From the IMG/VR virus record IMGVR_UViG_3300031652_000001: 64,000 nt of DNA; one strand, given 5' to 3'. Position 1 is the stretch's first letter; every line of letters begins with the position of its first letter. A program made the translations under genes and the position numbers. Below the pieces are notes generated by a model. That model worked only from the letters and a program-made list of their open reading frames with translations. It had not been told where the DNA came from and did not search any database. Shown here piece by piece: positions 37,408 through 46,544 of the stretch. The DNA comes from a virus.

Positions 37408-37692
37408 CTCTTTCTCTTTTAAAATTTCGATTTTTTAGATCTTCTAATTTTAGAAAATTTTTAAAAATTTTTAACTCACACTTGGTAGAAAAAACGGAAG
37501 TTTTTTTCGGTTTTTCTGATAGAGGGGGACGTCGAAGCGCGAAGCGCGAGACAACCCTGATTCTGCTCAGCTGCATATACTTAACTCTAGATCTACTTTG
37601 GGTGACATTTATGTCGCCCTTAACCCGACATTTTTGTCACCCTTAACCCGACATTTTTGTCGGGGTCTAACCCGACATTTTTGCCGGGGTTA
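37408..37692. other. putative replication origin (AT-rich segment plus iterons)
   Basis: AT-rich 37408-37516 near four palindromic repeats. Confidence 0.6.
37600..37692. repeat. four palindromic iteron-like units GACA-TTTW-TGYC
   Basis: Cores start at 37604, 37627, 37650, 37674 (periods 23/23/24). Confidence 0.9.
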
Positions 37693-38403
37693 GCGATACC
37701 CACCTCCAGCCGGTATTTTATCGAAAAAAGTTTCCTCAATTATTTCATAACACCTTGTTTCAACAGCGTTTATATCCATGCATCCATCAACGATGACATT
37801 GTTCTCAGGCCATGGGTTATAAGAACCCCACCCTTTGTACAGCTTGCAGACCTCTGTTTGCATCAAAGTATTTTCATAAATCTCCGGAGAATCAGTTTTT
37901 GAAATACGCCTACTCTCAACTTCATCCACTGAAACATCAAGGATGATAGTTAGGTCTGGAAACAACAACCCCTCCGACCTGTCCATCCATACCCGCATAT
38001 CCCTAAGATAGGACATTTTATCCGGAAGAGTTTTTTCACCGAACTTCATAGGGTCATTTAAAAAATCCTTTGCTCCCTGATAAATCAATGTTGAAGCATA
38101 ATACCGATCACAAATAACCCATTTACCAGTAGAAAGAGGCCACTCTATTTCGCTGATGACATGATCTTTCCTGTCAGCACGAAACAAAAGCTTCATAGCC
38201 TCATTACAAGGGGGTGGAACCTCACTCTTTAACACCGAGCGAATGAATGTCCCAATAGGTCCAGTGCTCGGTTCACATGTCCAAATAACATTTCCTTCCC
38301 CAAGTTTTTTGGACAATTTATCGAAAAGAAGCTTCGATTGTGTTGTCGTTCCTGCACCATCAGCACCATCAAAAACGATGAACCTTCCTCGTTCAGTCAT
38401 CAC
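37690..38403 (-). CDS. tmk: thymidylate kinase
   Basis: FIVFDGADGAGTTTQ, EPS, LLFRADR..H, ICDRY..S..YQG, PDLTIILDV. Confidence 0.92.
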   Translation of the reverse strand: MMTERGRFIVFDGADGAGTTTQSKLLFDKLSKKLGEGNVIWTCEPSTGPIGTFIRSVLKSEVPPPCNEAMKLLFRADRKDHVISEIEWPLSTGKWVICDRYYASTLIYQGAKDFLNDPMKFGEKTLPDKMSYLRDMRVWMDRSEGLLFPDLTIILDVSVDEVESRRISKTDSPEIYENTLMQTEVCKLYKGWGSYNPWPENNVIVDGCMDINAVETRCYEIIEETFFDKIPAGGGYR

Positions 38404-38812
38404 AACGACCTTTCAGATATTTGTATTTTTTACCATCAGTGTAAACAGAGCCCCATAGGTACCCCCACCAAAAGAACAAAGCATCTCCGATACCGGCCAC
38501 AACCGGAAAGAGAAAAAGCCAATGCCAATGACTAACCAGTAATAGAATTGCGTTCACAACCAACCATGTGGTTGCACAAATTAAACCAGCAAACATCGGT
38601 GCTATGTGAACCCCAGAAAAACTTAACTCACCATTAGTATCATATCTACAGTAGGCAAAATACCACCTGCCGTCCACATTGCACGGATACGGCTTGAATG
38701 CCAGTGGCTTCCATCCTCGCTTCACATAGGCAACCAACAAATGACTACCTTCATGCACAGAGTTCTGAATGAGCCATGTTGCAACAGCAACCAAAAATGA
38801 AATCATGACCAT
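38393..38812 (-). CDS. small membrane zinc metallopeptidase-like protein (M50-like)
   Basis: VHEGSH in a hydrophobic segment, IAP, GD, three TMs. Confidence 0.65.
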   Translation of the reverse strand: MVMISFLVAVATWLIQNSVHEGSHLLVAYVKRGWKPLAFKPYPCNVDGRWYFAYCRYDTNGELSFSGVHIAPMFAGLICATTWLVVNAILLLVSHWHWLFLFPVVAGIGDALFFWWGYLWGSVYTDGKKYKYLKGRCDD

Positions 38813-39339
38813 CTCGAATATCTCCTTTTTTCAAGATAGGATAATCCCTCAATTCCTCTATGGGAAACCCACTGATTTACAGCTTGATTGCTCCCCCAAG
38901 AATCATCCGGAAGTTCACGATTCAAATATGAGACAATGTGTTTAAATTTGAAAATATTTTCACTATCAGCATAAATCACAGATAGCGATAGGTCATTTCT
39001 GAGCACAGCTTCAGTGAATCCAGATAGAAGTTTTCCATATCGAAGATACTCTTGAAACATCGGAACCAAAATATCGATGACATCGTTTTTGATGGCCTTA
39101 ACATATCTGGTTACCCAACCAGATCCACAACACCAGTCACAAGAACTTGGACTGTCACAACCACATGAAACAACCATCGATTTACGAGGCCCAATGACAA
39201 AGTATGAACCAGGAATACCTTCTTCCTCCACCCTGCTTTTCCAAAGAAGAGAAGCAAGCTGCATCACACGACTATAACTGTGTTCCTCACAAAGAACACT
39301 TACAGCCCTGACAAGAATATCGTCTTTGGAATCAACCAT
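38803..39339 (-). CDS. hypothetical protein
   Basis: CGC...CDWCCGSG and SGF..AVL.NDL...AD..N...WGS...V..W phage domain. Confidence 0.7.
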   Translation of the reverse strand: MVDSKDDILVRAVSVLCEEHSYSRVMQLASLLWKSRVEEEGIPGSYFVIGPRKSMVVSCGCDSPSSCDWCCGSGWVTRYVKAIKNDVIDILVPMFQEYLRYGKLLSGFTEAVLRNDLSLSVIYADSENIFKFKHIVSYLNRELPDDSWGSNQAVNQWVSHRGIEGLSYLEKRRYSRWS

Positions 39340-39340
39340 C

Positions 39341-39817
39341 TCAAGCCTCTATCTGTGTTCCATAAACAGGAACAACATCTCCATCGAGACGAATATTGAA
39401 ACCGTACAATGTGAGCATCTTATAGACAAAATCTGCACACAGATCCAAAGCCCCAATATGACGCATAATCTCACCACAGAAGGCAAGGTCTCCTTCACCA
39501 ATATTTCCATCGTGGGATGTCATATCCAAAACCAAGACAACCCACACATCAGCATTAAAAAACTCGCCAATAAAACAATGTTTTCCGACGATATCGACAC
39601 GACCTTTTTCCCGCAAAAATACCTCAGCCGTTCCTTTGAAATCCATACCAACACGTTGACCAATAATCTGATCCCTGCGGATTTCGTTACAGGTCAACGT
39701 AGAATGAATCACAACAAGATTTTTCATGGACACCTGAGAAAGTATGCCAGGTCGGATTTCTTCGGGAAAAATCATATCACCTCGGTATTGTCTAAATGTA
39801 CTCCAAGGAGAGCACAT
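39341..39817 (-). CDS. hypothetical protein
   Basis: AGGAG RBS, tiles with neighbours. Confidence 0.6.
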   Translation of the reverse strand: MCSPWSTFRQYRGDMIFPEEIRPGILSQVSMKNLVVIHSTLTCNEIRRDQIIGQRVGMDFKGTAEVFLREKGRVDIVGKHCFIGEFFNADVWVVLVLDMTSHDGNIGEGDLAFCGEIMRHIGALDLCADFVYKMLTLYGFNIRLDGDVVPVYGTQIEA

Positions 39818-39861
39818 ATTTTCTCTCCTCTAGGACGGTCTCCATAATGACTTCTTTATAA

Positions 39862-40278
39862 CTACCGGTCCTCTACAGCTTTACCGGCAACAATTTTCAC
39901 ACGAGTTATATAAAACACGGCCTCGTCATTGTCATCATGATACCTCCATTTGATAGGATCATCATGTCCATTTTTACTCAGCTTCATACCTTTGAATACC
40001 TCCGGAAGTTCACTTTTTTTCATCCTCGTTGCCCCAGGAATAGTCATGATCCAACGATCATGACTACGCCAGAAATTACCATCTTCATTTTCAATGATGA
40101 AAAGCTCATTAGCTATGCTTTCCTCAAGTGTTCTCACATCATCGAGTAAGGAATCAATATGCTTCCATTTCCTGGACAACTCCTTTTCGAGCCTTCTCCT
40201 TGTAATCTCCATCTCAAACACTTCAGCTTTGTTTTTATCAAGGACAATCTTCAATTGTTTCAGCTCATGATGACTCAT
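39862..40278 (-). CDS. hypothetical protein with coiled coil
   Basis: Start revised to MSHHEL (GGAG RBS). Confidence 0.65.
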   Translation of the reverse strand: MSHHELKQLKIVLDKNKAEVFEMEITRRRLEKELSRKWKHIDSLLDDVRTLEESIANELFIIENEDGNFWRSHDRWIMTIPGATRMKKSELPEVFKGMKLSKNGHDDPIKWRYHDDNDEAVFYITRVKIVAGKAVEDR

Positions 40279-40555
40279 CTTTTTTTCTCCCAGAAGTGTG
40301 AACCACCATCTCTTCTTCGGAATCAGATATGGCAAGACACAGAATGTCGACAAATAATGATTGAACATCACCAATCGGCTCGTTTACGGCATAATTGTCA
40401 ACTGATTCGGACCAAGCATTAGGAAGGACATCTCTCAAAAAATCGATAATATCTTGACGACCAAAACCAGATGCCTCGACCAATTTATGAATTTGGGCAA
40501 TTTTCTTTGCCCCCTTCTCATAAGCAATTCTTGCTTTATCAAGTTTTTCGTTCAT
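40265..40555 (-). CDS. hypothetical protein
   Basis: 96 aa, GGAG RBS. Confidence 0.65.
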   Translation of the reverse strand: MNEKLDKARIAYEKGAKKIAQIHKLVEASGFGRQDIIDFLRDVLPNAWSESVDNYAVNEPIGDVQSLFVDILCLAISDSEEEMVVHTSGRKKDESS

Positions 40556-40558
40556 TGA

Positions 40559-41104
40559 TTATTTCTCCACTTTTTTATCAATCACAAATTGACCCTTTGG
40601 ACCTTCAGCTAGCAACCCGTGATAGTGGGTTAGCAACAAATCCCAAACAGCACGTTTTTGAGCTATCGGGATCATATTAGCCTTCTTATATTCACCCGGA
40701 ATCGCCTCCCATCTTCTACCAGGTATATTACGCCATGCCCTATTGGTCTCAGGGCTGTATGGAGTACGAACCACAAGACGTCCATCCATCTCCGTGATAA
40801 AAACCTCGGGTTTTAGCTTGCAGCGCTTCTCAATCCTATCAGCGAGCCTCACAAAACCAAGCTCCCTGAGCCTCATCAACGGTTCAAAGATTTCTACGCC
40901 TTTCTGAATAACGGCTATCTGATAGACAAGCTTGTTTGCTTCCTGACGTAATCCCTCAGGAACGTCAACAGAGCCCAGAAGCCTGGCACGACAATCAGGC
41001 CCCACCCCTGTCTCGACAGAAACAGCGTCCACCAGGGGGCGCCCACAGGCCGCACAGCGTGTTGCTACCATCTTCGCCTGAGGAGAATTCTCATATCCGG
41101 ACAT
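40559..41104 (-). CDS. DUF6011 Zn-finger plus HARP-like domain protein
   Basis: RCAACGRPL....S...GVGPDC; TPYS......RNIPGRRW. Confidence 0.75.
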   Translation of the reverse strand: MSGYENSPQAKMVATRCAACGRPLVDAVSVETGVGPDCRARLLGSVDVPEGLRQEANKLVYQIAVIQKGVEIFEPLMRLRELGFVRLADRIEKRCKLKPEVFITEMDGRLVVRTPYSPETNRAWRNIPGRRWEAIPGEYKKANMIPIAQKRAVWDLLLTHYHGLLAEGPKGQFVIDKKVEK

Positions 41105-41547
41105 TACCGACCACCTTTCTTCATAGTGGAGACGTAGTCAGCAAGGGAATTCAAGAACATCTCGTGTTCTTTCTCCGGAACATCCGCCAAGAGGGAATCG
41201 ACCATTTTTTTGAATTTCTCGACCTGCTTGCTACCAACAGCAAGAACGATACTGTTGAAACCAGTGTTCTCGGTCATGAAATACTCGGGATAGCTTCCAC
41301 CAAAAGCCTTCTTGACCCTCTGAAAACACGTCGGACAAACAGCAAACCAACCAAGGCTGTCATCATTAACCTCAGCCTCAACCTCATCGGTGACGTGAGA
41401 GCCGTATTCAACAATATGGATACGGTGTAATGGAATAGTGGCTTTGCCGCAAAGATGGCACGGTTCTTGACCATCAAGACATCCCTGATTTTCGTTACGG
41501 GTAATGACTTTTTGTGACTTCATCAGTGTTGAGATTTCAATCCGCAT
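41104..41547 (-). CDS. Zn-finger hypothetical protein, first gene after element C
   Basis: PCHLCGK...AVCPTC; AAGGAG RBS. Confidence 0.75.
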   Translation of the reverse strand: MRIEISTLMKSQKVITRNENQGCLDGQEPCHLCGKATIPLHRIHIVEYGSHVTDEVEAEVNDDSLGWFAVCPTCFQRVKKAFGGSYPEYFMTENTGFNSIVLAVGSKQVEKFKKMVDSLLADVPEKEHEMFLNSLADYVSTMKKGGR

Positions 41548-41557
41548 TTTTCATCTC

Positions 41558-41644
41558 CTTCGGACATCTCGTCCGGCATCTACGAACAAACTTACTCATT
41601 CTAAATGCGAAGTCAAGTTCATGTTTTCATGTTTTGGTGTTTTT
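41558..41644 (-). promoter_or_regulatory. promoter plus leader hairpin element, copy C
   Basis: AAAACACCAAAACATG(AAAACATG)AAC-TTGACT-N16-TAAGTT then AGATGC-CGGAC-GAGAT-GTCCG-AAG. Confidence 0.85.
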
Positions 41645-41672
41645 TAGAGAAAAGATAAAAGCCCCACCACAC

Positions 41673-42134
41673 TTACGTTTTTCTTTTCTTTGCCCATCTC
41701 GAAGGTAAGGCCCCACCATCGGACAACCAATCACTGAGGGATAAAATCAGATCGGCGAATTCCACCTCAACACTGGTGTTTACCTCATCACGTCTATTGA
41801 GAACCATATCGGCCAGATTCAACATCCTGCCAAGTTTTTGATTCGGGTTGATCTCCTCCCTCTCTATCGTCGGCTTTCCGACTTTCTTTACAGGAACAGG
41901 TTTTGAATCTGTTGCCTTGGCAACCGGTCTGGGTTCTGGAATAGATTTTGCTATGTTTATAGGCCAAGCATCCTCATTCCCGCATCGACCACCGGCTTTG
42001 CAGAAATCACATTTTTTATTCGGAAGAGAAGGATCTATCGAAGATAGATCACACTTCCCAACCGAAAACAACCGACATTTCATGACGCCATCAATTTTGA
42101 CACAAGCTGTCGTTATGTGTTTTTTCTTTGCCAT
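41673..42134 (-). CDS. Cys-rich hypothetical protein
   Basis: 153 aa, AGGAG RBS. Confidence 0.7.
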   Translation of the reverse strand: MAKKKHITTACVKIDGVMKCRLFSVGKCDLSSIDPSLPNKKCDFCKAGGRCGNEDAWPINIAKSIPEPRPVAKATDSKPVPVKKVGKPTIEREEINPNQKLGRMLNLADMVLNRRDEVNTSVEVEFADLILSLSDWLSDGGALPSRWAKKRKT

Positions 42135-42164
42135 TTTTTACTCCTGACGATTTTTTCTGAAACG

Positions 42165-42494
42165 TTACCTCTTTTTCTTCTTTGACAGGGATTCGAGATG
42201 CGCTTGGGCGATCCTGCCTGCTTCTTCATCACTTTCTGCATCAAAATATTCCTGAGGCATCGTCATGAATTCTTCTTTGGTGAGCGCTCTTTTTTCAGGA
42301 AGCAACTCAACCTTGTCAACCTTGTACCGAGCAATAAAACGATTGCAATCCGGATTGTAACAACGGACTTCCATCGTTGTTTCATCCATCATGATCATTC
42401 TCAAAGGAGCTGTCGGGTGACATCTTCCATGAATATGAGCCGGAAAATCTCCGCACAACTCACAACCTACTGTTTTAGCTTTATTTTTTGCCAT
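42165..42494 (-). CDS. Cys/His-rich hypothetical protein
   Basis: CELC..HGRCH..C....C. Confidence 0.7.
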   Translation of the reverse strand: MAKNKAKTVGCELCGDFPAHIHGRCHPTAPLRMIMMDETTMEVRCYNPDCNRFIARYKVDKVELLPEKRALTKEEFMTMPQEYFDAESDEEAGRIAQAHLESLSKKKKR

Positions 42495-42506
42495 TTTTTT
42501 ACTCCA

Positions 42507-42821
42507 TTACTTGTTTTCTTGAAAACTATCTCGAAGCTCACGCATCCTCTTTCGGACACAACTCCGCTGACACCTGTCCGCTGCACAAGTTGGCGCCGTT
42601 TCGAACGGAAGGCTATCGCAAAGCTGATCTGCAACATACCTAACCTCATCATTGTTCGTCTTGTATGAAATCCAACAACCAGCAATATACTGGTCGAACA
42701 CACATCTTACAGCTGTTTTTGATTCAGACCGACGACCGTATTTATCAACAAAATGAACAGCTTCACTTTTGTCTGAAAAAAGAAAATCAACAAAATTCTG
42801 AATTTTTTGTTCCATGAACAT
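42507..42821 (-). CDS. hypothetical protein, first gene after element D
   Basis: 104 aa. Confidence 0.6.
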   Translation of the reverse strand: MFMEQKIQNFVDFLFSDKSEAVHFVDKYGRRSESKTAVRCVFDQYIAGCWISYKTNNDEVRYVADQLCDSLPFETAPTCAADRCQRSCVRKRMRELRDSFQENK

Positions 42822-42829
42822 ACCTTTTT

Positions 42830-42908
42830 CTTCGGGCTTCTAGCCCGGCATCTGAATAAAAAGGTATCATCTTCGTAGGTGAAGTCAAGTTCATGTTTTG
42901 GTGTTTTT
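42830..42908 (-). promoter_or_regulatory. promoter plus leader hairpin element, copy D
   Basis: AAAACACCAAAACATGAAC-TTGACT-N16-TACCTT then AGATGC-CGGGC-TAGAA-GCCCG-AAG. Confidence 0.85.
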
Positions 42909-42934
42909 GATTTTTTAGGTAAAAACAGGAAAGA

Positions 42935-43969
42935 TCAATCCATCGCAAGCCAGGAATGAGAATCGATACCTGCCTTTGACATTGCTGCCAAAAGTTCCCG
43001 ATAGGACATCTTCTCGATAACCTTTCGGTTCTGAATAACCCATGCCCTAAACTTTTTCACTGCCGTCTTCCAGCCCCTCTGTGGTGGTATTGTTCTGGGC
43101 TCGTTCATTTTGTCGCGCTTGTCCGCTATCAAAAAATCCTTGTACCCGGCTTCAATCCGAACCTGAGGAGTATCAATCACGATCTCCTGGTCACCAGGAG
43201 GAGCGACATCTACACCCCTCAGCTCCCGTTCTTGAATCTTTGGACCAACCCCCTGTGGATTCTTCTTAAACTGATCCACAACGCCCCTGGCCATCGCCAG
43301 GGCCTGCTTATAGGTCTTGGCTCGATGTATCTGACTCGCAAATTGACTAATCAACCTCAAAGTATTTGGATCCTTAATATAATCGAGATCATACAAAGCA
43401 AATTCATTGACATTTTTGCCGCGCTTCCCTGCATTTGTCATGTCAGTAATATGAAAAGAACTTGCAAATCGGTGAACTCTAATGACCGACGTCTCAAGAG
43501 TTTTCCCTATTGGCATCTCTTCTGCAAGAACTTTACTTTCAGCCAAATAATCCCTCTGTCTCAATGACACGCTTTCACGGTATGGTTTAGAACCTGCTTT
43601 ACCAGTAATACTCGGAAGCTTTCCCGTTGAAAGGTAAGTATCGATGGCCTTTACCACAAATTTCATCGGCGAAAAATCAGGTGTAAACGACCGCATCAAA
43701 ACAGCCTTATACAGCTTCAGATCATTCGGATCCTCACTGTTCATCTTGACACCCATCTTCTTCTCAGCATCCTGAGCAGCACCAAGAAGGAGTCCAAGTG
43801 CATTTGGATTATAATATCGTTTCTTTTTGGACCGAATGTCGTACTGGATAATTTTGCTCCCAAGTACCATATCAAATAACTTCGGCGTCGCCTTCTTACC
43901 ACTTGGTAAAGTCACTTCTGAAAGAACCCCAGTAGAAAACCCACCAACATAGCTCCTGTTCCTCAACAT
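42935..43969 (-). CDS. putative internal virion (cargo) polyprotein with two LRxRxY signals
   Basis: MLRNRSY...VLSE and internal LRQRDYLAE..VLAEE; second module paralogous to the N-domain of 43995-45185. Confidence 0.7.
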   Translation of the reverse strand: MLRNRSYVGGFSTGVLSEVTLPSGKKATPKLFDMVLGSKIIQYDIRSKKKRYYNPNALGLLLGAAQDAEKKMGVKMNSEDPNDLKLYKAVLMRSFTPDFSPMKFVVKAIDTYLSTGKLPSITGKAGSKPYRESVSLRQRDYLAESKVLAEEMPIGKTLETSVIRVHRFASSFHITDMTNAGKRGKNVNEFALYDLDYIKDPNTLRLISQFASQIHRAKTYKQALAMARGVVDQFKKNPQGVGPKIQERELRGVDVAPPGDQEIVIDTPQVRIEAGYKDFLIADKRDKMNEPRTIPPQRGWKTAVKKFRAWVIQNRKVIEKMSYRELLAAMSKAGIDSHSWLAMD

Positions 43970-43994
43970 CTCACACTCCTTCCTCAAAGAGACG

Positions 43995-45185
43995 TCAGAG
44001 AGACGTCAGAAGACCAGTCTCTTTCTCAAAAATACTACGAAGTCTGTCGACATAAATATCGTCATACTCCGCTTTCACCTTGTTGCTATATCCCCTTTTC
44101 GCTCCCATCGTAATCCGTCCAAAGGTAACCTTGTAAGTGTCCATTGGTGTCAACTTTATCTTCACATAGTTGATGCCACCTTTGGCCTTCGGAAGCTTAA
44201 ACGAAAGAGAATCCCTATCACCGGCAATATTTTTCGCCCCCGTCATTGCAATAAACCTGTTTCCCCCAAGTTGCCTCATTATTTCCTTCGGAATCGATAA
44301 GTCCGTTTTTGGCTTATCCTCTTTTTCCTTCTTTGGCTTCGGAATGCCCTTGCTCGGAGTGAAGGCCCCAACATCAACCATCGAACTCAAAAAAACTGAA
44401 GCCCTATTCCCAATATCGATAGCGAAATTGGGACCATAATCCTTGGATTTTACCCCCAGCTCCTGCAACACCTGAAAAAGAACTGGATCACTCAAAGCAT
44501 CAGGTTTGTAACCAGATATCTGAAGAGCCTTCAACGCCGTCGGCGCTTTCACTGTACTCCCTGTTATTTTACCTTTGACGACAAGAACATATTCTTTCAT
44601 CTTAGGAAACCTCAGAACATTATCCTTCCTCGGATTAGGAACAGACTTAGGAGTCTTCGTAGAAGGAGCAATACCGGGCACTGTGGCTGATTTCTTCGTT
44701 GGCCTTGCCCCTTCGTTGCCCGCATTATAAGAAGGCTTCACACGCCCTCTGGTTGACGCCTTCAATGTCCCCATGGTCTTCGTCCTGGCCATCTCATTAT
44801 GAGATGACAAATCAGCTCCAGACGGAGGGACATGAACACCTTTCATCGTGATCTCTTCAAGCCATGGAATCTTTCTGTCATGGTTCTGAATAGAAAGCTT
44901 CTCAGCCGATTCCAACGCATCATACCCCACGGACAGGGCCTGTGCATATGTCCTCGCTCGCTTCATCCAGTTAATGGCTTTCTGGATAGGAGTAATCGAT
45001 TTCGACATCTCATCAAAATATATGACGAACCGATTTACCGTTGCTCCTTTTTGACCAGCAGTTCTCAACTCTGTTACTGACACATAGTTGTTTCCTCTAT
45101 GTATACGAAGAACACCGGTATCCAAAATAGCACCGGGTTTCACCGCTTCTGCCAAGTACGCTCGCCTCCTCAATGTCTTCGTCAT
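43995..45185 (-). CDS. putative internal virion multidomain protein
   Basis: Start revised to MTKTLRRRAYLAE (AGGAGG RBS); C-terminal QLGGNRFIAMTGAK...ETGL domain. Confidence 0.75.
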   Translation of the reverse strand: MTKTLRRRAYLAEAVKPGAILDTGVLRIHRGNNYVSVTELRTAGQKGATVNRFVIYFDEMSKSITPIQKAINWMKRARTYAQALSVGYDALESAEKLSIQNHDRKIPWLEEITMKGVHVPPSGADLSSHNEMARTKTMGTLKASTRGRVKPSYNAGNEGARPTKKSATVPGIAPSTKTPKSVPNPRKDNVLRFPKMKEYVLVVKGKITGSTVKAPTALKALQISGYKPDALSDPVLFQVLQELGVKSKDYGPNFAIDIGNRASVFLSSMVDVGAFTPSKGIPKPKKEKEDKPKTDLSIPKEIMRQLGGNRFIAMTGAKNIAGDRDSLSFKLPKAKGGINYVKIKLTPMDTYKVTFGRITMGAKRGYSNKVKAEYDDIYVDRLRSIFEKETGLLTSL

Positions 45186-45195
45186 TGGTAGCCTC

Positions 45196-45344
45196 CTACT
45201 GTACCTTCTTTGCCCTGGCAATTGTCGCCGCCGGTATTGTGTCAAAAACCTTCTGACCCATGAAATTATGACTCACAACATATTCCACTTTGACTACCTT
45301 ACCCTTTGAATAAGTAGTCGTGTAAATGTCTTCAATGGTTTCAT
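45196..45344 (-). pseudogene. small gene with an apparent 1-nt frameshift near the start
   Basis: AGGAG+ATG gives only 16 aa; the -1 frame reads TIEDIYTTTYSKGKVVKVEY...KVQ* up to the next RBS; span is 149 nt. Confidence 0.4.
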
Positions 45345-45353
45345 GTTTTTCTC

Positions 45354-45899
45354 CTATGAAACCGACCTTGCAAAACTCTTTGCGGCCTCTTTTGACTGTT
45401 CCACTGTTTTTATTTTTCTACCCCGGAACTTGTTATCAACCAAATCGGCAGAATCAGGAACTACTTTCCCGACAGGAAAACAACAGTAGGCTCTATGACT
45501 CCAACCACAATATCCCCGCTCTCTATTTGAATATCCTATTGACTTAAATTTGTGAGTAGATTTGGCTTTCAATGGCTTTTCTATTCCAAGCTTGCGATAA
45601 AATTTTTGCCATCTACTTTCTTCTTTCTGCCGTCTTTTTCTGCCCCTACCTTCGCTTAAAACCTCAGCAGACATAAAAAGACCAATGATGGACTCCATCA
45701 TCCCCATGGACCGCAATATGTTATCAGCTGTAACAAATGTCGCTATGGAAGACAGCTTTCTCTCCTGATTACCAACACGGAGAAACCACATCTTCCCTTC
45801 CTTTGACAACGTCGCAATACCGAACTTGGTCTCCTTTCGATATCGAGGCGGTTCCTTCGATGGCCAACTCCTAGATGTTTTCTCCCACTCAGTATTCAT
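45354..45899 (-). CDS. hypothetical two-domain basic protein with VLSE linker
   Basis: C-domain SIGYS...GWSHRA...AKSFARSVS. Confidence 0.7.
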   Translation of the reverse strand: MNTEWEKTSRSWPSKEPPRYRKETKFGIATLSKEGKMWFLRVGNQERKLSSIATFVTADNILRSMGMMESIIGLFMSAEVLSEGRGRKRRQKEESRWQKFYRKLGIEKPLKAKSTHKFKSIGYSNRERGYCGWSHRAYCCFPVGKVVPDSADLVDNKFRGRKIKTVEQSKEAAKSFARSVS

Positions 45900-46150
45900 T
45901 TTCTATCCTTGAAGCAATCGCATTTGAATCGCTTCACAACGACACCTGGCCGTATTAGTTTACCTGGTATTAAGCCCTTGCAGACAGGACACATGTACAT
46001 CCCCTTACCAACATACGAAAACCGTTTCCCGTTCAGGATAATATCCCGTCGTCTTCGAAATATTGAAATCACAACAAGAGAAACAAACAGAAAGAAAAAC
46101 AGAGAACATGCCAAGATACAGATTACATTTCCCAAACCAAACCAATCCAT
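45896..46150 (-). CDS. small membrane-anchored Zn-ribbon protein
   Basis: N-terminal TM, RRRR, CPVC...CDC. Confidence 0.65.
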   Translation of the reverse strand: MDWFGLGNVICILACSLFFFLFVSLVVISIFRRRRDIILNGKRFSYVGKGMYMCPVCKGLIPGKLIRPGVVVKRFKCDCFKDRK

Positions 46151-46168
46151 TTCTTAAAGTGTTTTTCA

Positions 46169-46534
46169 TCAGTACTTCGAAAAATATGATTTGCCTTTGA
46201 ACTTATTTATGAATGCTTTGATCTCTCGAACATCCTCAAGAGCAAGCATATCATTTTCAGACAAACCAGCTTTTTTTGCACTGTCAGAAACAACTTTCAT
46301 TGCAGCTTCAAAAGCAAGAATTCCTCGCCTAAATTTATTTGTAAAGGCCCTCCTAATTTCCATTGAGAATTTCGTCCAAAGAAGACTCTTTTCCGATTCA
46401 TCAATACTGGTATATGATCTCCTCCTTAACGAATTCTCTGTTTTCGAACTACAATTCTTTTCAGTCTTGTTACGGGACCGTTTTCTTTTCTGTTTACGGT
46501 CTCCTTCTTTGATTTTAATCCCGTGCCACTGCAT
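46169..46534 (-). CDS. basic protein with LRRRSY..IDE signal
   Basis: Start revised to MQWHG (GAGGAGG RBS). Confidence 0.65.
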   Translation of the reverse strand: MQWHGIKIKEGDRKQKRKRSRNKTEKNCSSKTENSLRRRSYTSIDESEKSLLWTKFSMEIRRAFTNKFRRGILAFEAAMKVVSDSAKKAGLSENDMLALEDVREIKAFINKFKGKSYFSKY

Positions 46535-46544
46535 AATAACCTCC

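Noticed and set aside
36354-37576. Track ORFs 36354-36563 and 37328-37576
   Set aside because: They run across promoter, hairpin and AT-rich origin sequence, have low-complexity translations and lack a convincing RBS.
37600-37692. Mini CRISPR array
   Set aside because: The repeats are nearly contiguous with no unique ~30-nt spacers; they fit iterons or operators better.
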